Source: Ancylonema sp.
Taxonomy: Eukaryota
Assembly (NCBI GenBank): GCA_050230475.1
Contig: JBFLGF010000107.1
Location: forward strand, 1-64,000
Length of the DNA stretch: 64,000 nt
Reading direction: 5' to 3'
Position numbers and translations under genes: made by a program. Shown one piece after another: positions 50,301 through 61,435 of this stretch (positions are counted from its first letter, which is position 1; the number at the start of each line of letters is the position of its first letter). The notes beneath the pieces are model-generated. The model was not told the origin of the DNA. It did no database searches and saw only the letters and a list, made by a program, of their open reading frames with translations.

Positions 50301-51839
50301 CGGAATATATTTGTCACACTCACTGTGTAATGCCTCGATCGCGTGACATTATTTTTGAAGTTTTTGAGGTTTTTGTTTTTGAAGAAACGTGTTGGCCTCC
50401 GCTCCGTATTGTTGATCTTCCCACGTGATTCGCACTATATCTGGCCTTAGAGGTAATTTGAACGGAGAAGTAGAGTGCACGAGCATTGTCTGATTCTACG
50501 CCGTCTTAAACTTTCGACACTATTAGATTGTGTGACCACCCGCGCCACACTGCCGGCAACGAGCACCCTTGGTGTATTCGTTAGGTCCGTATTGTCGTTG
50601 ATTCGTTTGATTTTGAGTTTGAGGTTGACCGTAGGAATCTCCATTGAATTGTCCTTGAGCTTGTCGTTGTACGCCAGTTTGTAAATGCGGTGGCCGGTAA
50701 GGAGTGGATTGAGATTGACCCGTCGATGGTTTCGTGGATTGGGCGCAGTCCTTTTTGTAATGACCCGGTTGGTTGAAACCATAAGAAATAATGCCTCATT
50801 TGTCGTTTTCTTTCCCCGTTGAGAGGTCTATTTGTCGCGGCGGATGCCGGAAAGTTCGTAGATGGTGTAAATGAATGTAGGGGATTTTTTCGAATTTGGT
50901 ACTCGGGAGGTTGCACTCGAATTCCACCCCCGGTGCGAATGTCCGCCTCTTTTTTCGCAAGGTACAATTCACTTTGATTCGCCTCCTTCATAAATGTTTT
51001 GCTTGTAAGTAGATTTGTCCGCGGCGTAAAAAAGAACCGATCTTTGTTCTCTTTGAAATACCAATCATTGATGTTTGGAGATTCGCCGGAATGAGTAAAA
51101 AAAATTGGAGTGCCAATTGTTCGGGTGTCATGGCTCTCGCTTTTTCGACGATTGCTGCCGCATCATTTTATTGAGGGTTGATGAATGCCACGCTGTCGTT
51201 TGGTGTAATTGTAGTAGTTTCCAACTTGTTGAGGTATTCGGCCGAAAATACACGGAATCGGTCATTGATGCGATAAATGAACTCCGTCAATTCGTGCGGT
51301 TCGGCAAACATTGGTTTTTCCGGGGGCGTTAATTTATCGTGCCGCCCTTGCATGCGGTGGTAGAACATGTCCGCATAGTAATCACGCCACATGTCTCGAA
51401 TGTTTGACATCTGTGCATCTCCCGTGTATTCCTTCATGAATTGTTGCCATTCTCGCTGCGCCTCTCCTTTGCAATAGGCGCCGAGACATTAAGCAAGATC
51501 CATTTTCATGTAACCGGACAGTTTAACACGCTTTAGGATTTCGTGATGACTTCGGACGGCGTTTGATGAACTCGTCTTGGATCATGGCGAGAGTTCCATG
51601 GTAAAGTATGATGGGAGGTAGACTCGTCAAGCCGTCACCACACCCTCCAATACGATTGCAAGGTTTGGGTACGGATGTGCTATCCGGCGGATCGGGATTT
51701 TCCGATGGCGGTGACTTGTTCGGAGTTAGGTTATAGGGGGTTTGGCGTCAAACGTGGGGAGCTTGAAGGTGAGATTATGTTCGTCTTCTTCGAGCTCCGC
51801 AGGATTCTCCTCCATTGTAGGGCGTTCGAAAGCCGACAT
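47396..51839 (-). mobile_element. Decayed gypsy-type retroelement: gag, CCHC, protease, DNMT3-like fold, tail, PPT; no RT or integrase
   Basis: Gag-like frames 51839-50450 with knuckle CRQCGAGGHTI**C (~50515-50555). Protease LTLDSGATN...DLDPG...LGT..., QLHLSPSMDYDVL (49185-49798), homologous to 914-1387. DNMT-like region 47790-48800. Candidate PPT GGGGGAGG at ~47397-47404. LTRs not identified. Confidence 0.8.
47790..48800 (-). pseudogene. Second DNMT3-like fold with catalytic residues substituted, near full length
   Basis: Motif I GLRVWLLFAG, motif II EYDPEA, motif IV region IDFVCGNWNTQ (48511-48543), motif VI region YMFYKH, motif VIII YRDTLIW, LLDPGR, motif IX region NPTRESEHDFLG, motif X VLGRMLD; several stops and frameshifts. 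Confidence 0.8.
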
Positions 51840-52555
51840 TTCCGAGAAATAAGAACTTGCTTACACTCGCGTATGGGTGATCCGATCAGGAGTGGATGCT
51901 ATGACACACCTATATGATAGATGTTGTGCACTAGACTCGGCCCACTTCCGCAAAAGTCATATCGTGATTTGACGATCGATTTTGGCTTCCAATAAGTGTA
52001 CGCTTCAAGACCATTATCGTAATTTAGGCTTTCGACATAACTTATATTTATAACCGCCTTATGTAATGCAATGCGTCACTTACATTACGACCAATTGAAA
52101 TTTACATCAAAAAAACACATAATTGTACGATTTCACGTAAAAAAATCGCGAGAATTTACGGTAGTAAATTCGCAGCCTACCGTAATGTGCTCTACGAAAA
52201 AGATAAAGAAAATCAAAACGAATTTAAATGATTAAAATCCTAATAATTTAATTGGTTCCTAAAATTGATTCCGGGATTTCGGGGGCATTATCGATAATTA
52301 TTGGCAATGATTCCGGAAGTCCTACATATAAAATTCAATAAAAAAATTAAGATTCCACTTTCATTTTCAGTGAATGGTACCACTTTCTTGGTGTAAAATA
52401 AAAATGATTGCTCCCGGGTTTAAAGAGCCTTTGGGGAGCAAGAACGGTAAATCCAAATAACGTCAAATTGCGAACCAAAAGCGTGCCTAATGAGCGGATC
52501 CGCCGTACCCGTCGCACAAGACACAGTTGGTTCCATATAGAGCAGTATCGTTCAG

Positions 52556-53504
52556 CACGGATGGCAAGTGAGGCCCTAAAGTGCTCTCTAGGGGGTTATT
52601 AATTTAAAAATCACAATCAGGGGTTGCACTTGAATTGCTAAATTGCTATGATATACATGTTTTTGAAGTCCTTTGGCACATTTAAACACAATGGTGCCGC
52701 TAACAACTTGTCGCTCCAACGGATAAATGTATTTCAAGATAATATCAAATTGATTTGACAAAACGGTACTCATCACGTTTGAAAGAGCCATTTGCAACCA
52801 CATTCACTGTATCATGCATGTTTGATCTCCTACAAAATTTTGCCCATGAAAAAGATTTTTTTTCCCAACATCTATTTTCAACGTATGGTATATTTTTAAA
52901 ACTTATAGCGAGAATCATCAATAAAAATTGATGAATTATCAATTATAAAAAACAACCAAAGTTGAACTGACACACAAGGAGAGAACGATTGGAAGCATCA
53001 CTGATCCCGTAGTCAATTTATAACGTAATCCATTGCCATTTTATCTAAACATGGATAAATGATGAAATAAAATAGTTTCGGTCATCACCAAAATTCCCGG
53101 GCGACTCACTTCCGTACGCTCCGGTGATAGGTCACCGACAATAAGATATTTTCTTTCGCAATTATGGCATACGTTACCCGATTGAGCTTGACAATTCGTG
53201 GTACACCATTTTTTTGGTCCGGTATCCACTCATAGTATCCGCAATGGCAGCACGTCAATAATAGTTTTTGTCAGTACGTTTTGGTTAGAGGACTGTAAGG
53301 TTTTCTTATTTTTTCCAAAGCAGCAATTTAGGCCCTAAATTGATGGTTGGGAATGATATGTGCCCCTAAATTGCCACTAAATTGAAATTTATATTTCGGG
53401 GTATTTAGGGGCACTTTCCGGGCGTACCCTTCTTAAGCTAATCACGGTAATCACGGTCTAAATACCCCAGATTACGGGGAGGGTTTTTCGACTTGCCATC
53501 CCTG
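52556..53504. mobile_element. Non-autonomous hAT element (CAGGGATGGCAA family), uninterrupted copy
   Basis: TIRs cacggatggcaa / ttgccatccctg; TSD tcgttcag/tcgttaag; ends about 290 bp upstream of the receptor-kinase ATG. Confidence 0.85.
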
Positions 53505-53791
53505 TCGTTAAGCACGTCCGTTGGTACGTACCATTATCATGGAAGGTGACGCCGGGATACGACAATGTCTGTGACTCCAAACACGACAAAATGCCGGACA
53601 CGACAACCGAAGCCTTATTCTGCCCCCCTCATTCCAGCCCTCCGTTCCATCGGTACATTTTTGCGGGTCAGAGAGTCAGTGCGGAGAAGTTACGTTGTCA
53701 GCAATTTAACAGTCTTACCTCCTCCTGGAAGTTCACGCAGTGGAGGTCCGGCTGCCAGATTTGGTAACGTGAAGGAGGGCCACGGGAGGCC

Positions 53792-55463
53792 ATGGCGAGA
53801 TGGACGCACCTTCAGAATTTCCTGACAGTCCTCCTTTTCTCCAGCTCTCTGTACGCGAACGTCGACGCTCAGCCAACTGCCCCTTCGGACGGTAAGTTCC
53901 TCTCACGGATCGACCTCCGATGGAATATCGGCCAAAAGACAAACTTTAAGGTTCTCATTCGGTATATTTTGTAAGAACTAGGAACTTGAACAACAAATAT
54001 TTTGCGTCTCTCCTCGTAGAGAAACTATTCTCACCGTTGGCTGTGGAGCGTCCACACGGCCCCCGCTCTGCATGCTTCCGTGCGTAGGAGCATGCACCGC
54101 CTTTGTACCGCCTCTTTTTGAGCTAGTTTTTCGCGTAGGGTTCTGCACTACTTCATATTATATGACTCTCTCGTCGTTGTGGTTTACCCGAGGCCTCATA
54201 TATGTGCATCCCGTTAAGGAGTCAGAGATGCCACCATAGCACTATGCTACTGTATGATATAAACTTCAAGAAGAACTATTCCCCACATCCATTCGCCTTC
54301 GCCGTCAGTCGCCAAATATTTTTGATGAAGAAGAGTGTGTGAAATAGGATTGGAATATTTTACTTCATTCTCGCCATAGCTGGGACGGGTGAAGCATTTT
54401 TGCACAACTTGAAAAACGCATGAAGCGCCGTAATTAACGTATTCCGGGTAACAGTCGCCGCCCTTCGAGCCTTGTATACCGCCCTCCAAAGCCCCACCGC
54501 TCTGTCAACCTGGACGGGCGACCCTTGCGCGTCACAATGGGTTGGGGTGACGTGTATAGCGGGAGCAACTGAATCCTATGTCGGCGGCCTCACCTTGGCC
54601 TCTATGGGGCTCAACGGAACTCTGCCACTGGAACTCGGCACCATGACCAAACTCGGTTTCCTGTAAGGCACAAGAAACACATGGGACATGGGACATGGGG
54701 GGGATGAGGGGAAAGTGACAGAGCTGAAGACTGAGGGTCTTCTTTTCTGCAGCCATGCCAGCCACAATCAACTCTCTGGCCCTCTGCCTGCGCAGCTGGG
54801 CACCAATGGGCTTCTTACCATACTGTCAGTCCACCCTCCATTCTCCTCGCAACCCCTCCTTGTCGACCCCTGCGCACGCTACAGGCACATACTGTACACA
54901 GTACACGGTACAGTGGTTGAACCCTGGAGGGTGGGATGGGGTTCAGGGACTTGAGTAACAACGCGATTTCGGGGGACCTCTCCCAGGGACTCACCAATAA
55001 CTTCACTGTCCTGTGAGGGGCTTGGGGCATGGGAGGGTGGGGGGGGCGGGGGGGTGGGGGGGCGGGGGGGGTGGGGGGGTGGGACATACCCTGAACCCCT
55101 CCTTCTCTTCTTCAGCTCCCTGTCCAACAACAGTCTGCTCCATGGATGGCCTCCCCAACTCCCCCTCCCCACCCTCACTGACCTGGACCTGAGCGGCAAC
55201 GGCTTCACAGGCCCCCTCCCATCGACCCTGGGCAGCGCACAGAGCCTCACCTCCCTGTGAGGACCTCCCACAGGGCAGAGGACAGGGGGAAAGGGGGGGG
55301 CAGTGGTGAGCGGGGTGGGGGTTGGGGTTGCAGACAGCTGAATCGCTGTGGTTGGAGCGGTTCCATCCCGACAGAACTCGGCACCCTTGCCAAACTCACG
55401 GACCTGTAAGGAATCAGCGCCACCACCAACACCTGGCAGGAGGCAGCAGGCAGCTCAATCGTT

Positions 55464-55494
<31 letters not shown>

Positions 55495-57752
55495 AGTCGT
55501 CTTGACACCAACTCCTTTTCTGGCGAGGTGCCATCCTCTCTGGCCTCCCTGTCCGCCCTCACCCGCCTCACCCTCTTCAACAACTCGCTCACAGGGGCCT
55601 TCCCCACTGGACTCCACAAGTTCAGTGCCTTTGCGTATGGCAACCCCTCCCTCTGCCTCTCTTCTTCTTGCACCTGCAGCGGCACTGCAGTACGCATCTG
55701 CTACTGCAGCGGGGGAGGGCAGGGAAGTCAAACATGCAACGCTGCGGGGATTTTTACCCCATGTTCCTGCGGCACATGTGGGTGGGGGGGGGGCAAGTAG
55801 TGGAGGGGAAGGTTGCGGGGTTGTGCCTGACTGGGTCCTGGTTGTCCTTGTTCAGATCACCTTCCTGGCAGCACCAGGAGTGGTCCCTCTGGGGCCATTT
55901 CTGGCACCACTCTTGCCCTCACCGTGGTTGGGGCGGTGGTGGGAACGCTACTCCTCGTATTCTTTTTTGCCATCCTGGCAATACGATACTCTAACATGAA
56001 GAGGGGGGGCAGCGGGTGGGACCGTTCCAAATATTACATCAAAACATCGTCAGTCCTCCCTCTCAAAACTGGAAACCGTATTCTGCAAACTGCAACTGGC
56101 TGTTCACCATGGCCCCCCCCCCCCCCCTCCCCCCGGTCAGACTGTCGGCAGAGGCTCCCCCCCCCGACCCGGACCCCTCCCCTTCTGCCCCTGAGGGCAA
56201 GACCCCTCGTCGCCAAGGCACACCGGGTGCCCCTCGCCGCCTCACGGCCATGGCCAAGGCACGCAGCGGGGGGAGGGCACAAAGCCAGCAACCAACCAGT
56301 GAGAACAAGGCCACACATGCCACTCTCACCCTGCCACCTGGCACACTCCGTCTCACTCTCTGGGGTGTGGGTGCAGGGGGGGATCTGGAGGAAGAGGAGG
56401 AGGAGGCCGTGGAGGGCGGTGAGTGGTTGGAGGTGGAGGGCGAGGTGCATCGATTCACTTTCGACTCTCTTCGCCGCGCCACGGACGACTTCGACGCGGA
56501 GAACGTGCTGGGTGCGGACGGCCTCTGCCGCGTGTACCGTGCCGTGTTGGCGAACGGACAGGTGGCGGCTGTGAAGGAGATTGAGTTTGTGGGCAACGGG
56601 TTGGGCACCACAAGGGCGGAGTTCGTGGCGGCGGTGGGGGTGGTGGGTCAGGCACAGCACCCCAGCCTTGTGCACCTCCTCGGCTTCTGTTGTGAGGAGG
56701 ACAGCCGACTGTTGGTCAACGAGTTTGTGCCCAACGGGAGCTTGGAACTGCAGCTGCACGGTGAGAAGAATCAAGGGAGAAGGGAACAGGAGGTTGGGGG
56801 GGAATCCACATGCCCAATGCTTACTTCTTTGTTGGTGGATTGTGTTTCAGGTTTAGAGATGGAGGCAGTTCTGGACTGGAACAGCCGCATGCACATCGCA
56901 TTGGGTGCAGCGAGGGGCCTCGCCTTCCTTCACTCCCTTCACCCCCTCCTCGTTCACGGGGAGGTGCGGTCGAGCAACACAATGTTGGACGAACAGGGGA
57001 ACGCAAAGTTGGGCGACTTTGGTCTCGGCCTGCTCACGGGACGCACTTCCGGCGGCGGATCCTCCTCCTCCACCTCCCACATGGCACTGGCTGCTGGATG
57101 CGTGGCGCCCGAGTTGGCCTACTCGACTGACCTCAGCTGTGCGACAGATGTGTATGCGTTCGGGGTTCTGCTGCTGGAGCTCATCACGGGGCGTCGCCCT
57201 CTGGACCCCAAGCGTCCTCCCCACGAGCAGGCTCTCGTGAGATGGGCTCGGCCACGACTGACAGAGAGGAACCGCGTGGAGGGGTTGGTGGACTGGAAGG
57301 TGGGGGGGCTGTACTCCTCCCCCGCCCTCTACCAGCTGGCGCTTCTTGGGTGGCAGTGCATCCAGGTGGACCCGGACAGCCGCCCGGACATGACGCAAGT
57401 GGTGGAGGTGCTGGAAAAAGTGCAGAACCTGCCTCTAGACGCGGTAAGTATATGAATATGTAAGTGTGTATGTGTGTATGCATGTGAGTATTTATGACTA
57501 TCACTATATCATACATGTATGTCTACATGTATGTATGTTTGTTACGTACATACAATATGAATGCATGTATGTATTTATGTGGGTATGTTTGTACGTATTT
57601 ACATGTTTGTATGTATGTCTATGTGTACATTTGTGATGCCCTCTGAGATATGTACTTGTTTGAGACTGTATACTATAAGTGTGTTTGCGTGCAAAGTGTG
57701 ATGCCTAATACCGTAGAGCATCCCTGGAGGCTGTCCAGGGCGGCGGTGTTGA
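53792..57752 (+). CDS. LRR receptor-like kinase, SRF/STRUBBELIG (LRR-V)-like, atypical kinase, ~767 aa
   Basis: Predicted exons 53792-53891, 54455-54662, 54753-54824, 54947-55012, 55116-55256, 55334-55405, 55497-55777, 55856-56048, 56141-56298, 56377-56760, 56851-57443 and (tentative) 57717-57752. Signal peptide, LRR cap WTGDPC...WVGVTC, 72-bp LRR exons, TM helix, kinase AAVK/DFG/APE/DVYAFG. Confidence 0.88.
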
Positions 57753-57957
57753 CCCCAACGCTGTGGAGGAGCAGCGTCTTCACGACTTCCTCTCCGTCCA
57801 CGTAGCAGAGGANATCCGCGCACCGCCAGGCTTTCCTGTGAGTACTGCCTGTGCAAAGTGATCCCGTTGCTGCACCGTCCGAATCTGATTTTCTGCTCTG
57901 GGTATGCCCCCTTGAGCTGCAGACTTCGACCGAGGAGTTTTCTTCTTCGTCGTCAAG

Positions 57958-60142
57958 ATGGTGGCCCAAAAGAAGACGGTACAGATTTTCTGCTCCGCAG
58001 ACTGTGCTGGCTCACGGACCAGTAGATCTTATGTATGTCTGGATTTTTTATGGCCGAATTTCACAGAAGAAGGCCCAGGAGAGCATTAACAACAGGCTCA
58101 CCCTGGTGATGAAGAGTGGAAAGTACACCCTGGGCTACAAAACTTGCCTCCAGTCTCTGCGCGGTGGCAAATGTAAGTTGTTAACCTCACACCATACGTA
58201 GCAAGAACCTAATGCGAAGAGTCATCTACCCGCCATACCAGCCCTATAAACTAACCCCTTCCCCGCCCCTCACACATTGGGGCAGTATACTGATACGCTT
58301 GAAATACTACTAACCCAGTCAATCATATATTTCTGACATCGGGCTGGCGATCTTTGAAGGCATACATGCGTGTTGTGTGGCATACAATACCACCGTATCA
58401 TTCCACTACGGAAGCACATTCGAACCCCCATCACGCAGTCTGAATGTCGGCATTTGTGGTACTAAAAAATTGAAGTGCCAATCGTGCTTAAAATGCTATC
58501 CCGCGCCCTGCGCCTCCCGCCCCCGCCCCTATCGCCACCTTGGCAGCCAAGCTCGTGATCATCTGCAACAACTGCCCTCCGCTGCGAAAGTCAGAGATTG
58601 AATACTACGCCATGCTCTCCAAAACCGGCGTCCACCACTACACCGGAAGTGAGCGCCTCTCCGTGCCTGATAACGGTTACCTCATCACGGTTAACGGTTA
58701 CCTCATCACGGTCAATGGTTCCTTCATCACGGTCAACGGTTACATTATCACGGTCAACGGTTACTTCATCACGGTTAACGGTTACCTCATCACGGTTAAG
58801 GGTTACTACATTATAGTATCGTCATCACGGGCACCTAAAAACCGTTACTCGTCAGGGATTTGCACGTGTATTTGAAGACAATTGTCCGATGTGGTACATT
58901 TGGTTGCATCAGTGGCCATTAGGGGTACAATAATAGAAGTGGATTCTGAACTGGGGGAGTGTTGAACTTGGGAGTCCTTTATGCCAGGGCTCTTGTCCTG
59001 CCTTGGATGCGGCTTGTGGCTTACTGAAAATAATGGGTACATCAAATAGCATGCCTTGTGTATATGATTAGAGAGACTGTGTGAGAATTTAGAGCACTTG
59101 CATTTTGGGAGGGCAAAGGGGCCAATATGCGAACTTGATCTATGTAGTTCACATCCGAGTGGGGTGGAGGGAACAACTCGTTGTAACGGGGTGCTCCCGA
59201 TGTACACAGCATGCCCACAACATGTATCATAGTCGCCCGGATTCATTTCTCTTTTTTATCCGGACATCAGAAAAGGGGACGGAGGAAAACTAGTGTGCTC
59301 TACAATTAAGGAGGGATGGGGTGCATTTACGGGGTACGGGTGTGAGGTACGGATACGAGGTACGGATAATGAGTACATTCTGAGCGTCAGAGTGGTGGGT
59401 CCCGCTCGGGTTTTTTCAGACAACGTGGATCTGGGCACCGCCTGCGGGAAGTACTTCCGGGTATCCACCATCAGCATCACAGACCCAGGTGGGGCCCACA
59501 CCTCCTCTACTGGAATCTCCTGTGAGGGACTGGGATCGAGTAGGAGGAAGTGTTGTGACAAGAGAGTTTGTGTTCGAGGGGGGATGGTGGGGGGGGAGGG
59601 AAGGGGGATACTTGGAGGGGCGGGGGGAGGTTGGGGTGTGTGCGGTTGGGGGGAGGGTGGCTCTCTTCGTATGTGCTGCTGAGCTGGCAGGTTGGGGGTG
59701 ATTTAAAGGGAGAGATGTGAACGGAGTGTGAAGGAAAAGGCGGTGGGAAAGAAACCCGTTTGGTACTGTATTGTCACAGATTGAGATCCTACTATGGGGG
59801 CTGGTTATTGTATTGGCAGGGGGGAAGGGTAGTAATTATTCTTGAGGGTGGTTTCGGGCAGATTAGTGTAAACATAGAGGGTGTCACTCGCGGGGACTCT
59901 GTATGAGAAGCTGAAATAGGTAATGAGTGCGTTCAATATGAGGGGATGCCTGTGAACGGATCACGGAAAGTGGATTCGAGTTTTGGAGGTGCTTTTCTTT
60001 TCTATGGACAAAAGGGTTGCGGGTAAGAATCTCAACTTCTATCATATTATTATATGTTATTATATTTTATTTTTATTTTGGGGGGTCTGTCTGTATGGGT
60101 GCAGGGGACTCTGATATCATCCGATCAATGCCAACTGAGTAA
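57958..60142 (+). CDS. RPL30: 60S ribosomal protein L30 (eL30), 111 aa, 5 exons
   Basis: Exons 57958-57978, 58067-58172, 58547-58648, 59420-59488, 60105-60142 give [32 protein letters not shown]...[15 protein letters not shown]...[16 protein letters not shown]...[14 protein letters not shown]. Confidence 0.98.
58670..58812. repeat. 21-bp minisatellite in RPL30 intron 3
   Basis: About 6.5 copies of taacggttacctcatcacggt. Confidence 0.95.
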
Positions 60143-60426
60143 ATAGATGGAATGTGGATTGTGAGTTGGGTTGTAAGACAAGTCATTTTCCGTTGTTGTG
60201 CTCGGAACACCTATTTACCCTCACCAAAATGTACGGATATTCTGCCCGGTTACCCTACTTATGCGCTCATTTTACGTTTATGCGCTCAAGCGCTCATCAT
60301 GCGCTCTTATACGCATGAGCGCATGAGCGCAAGGGCTGCCACTGTGCTCGCCGATCCCTAAGTGAAAGGAACGCTAGCGGAGTCAGGGTGAAGGGCGATT
60401 TGAGTGGAAAGGGAGGCTATCATACC

Positions 60427-61435
<1,009 letters not shown>

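Noticed and set aside
46900..52500. LTR pair for the 47.4-51.8 kb element
   Set aside because: No direct repeat found by eye between the sequence after the candidate PPT and the sequence upstream of gag.
56034..57398. Long antisense ORFs over the kinase
   Set aside because: Expected shadow frames of GC-rich coding sequence.
58649..60104. Intronic snoRNAs in RPL30
   Set aside because: No convincing C/D box pair with terminal stem or H/ACA layout by eye; an Infernal/Rfam scan would settle it.
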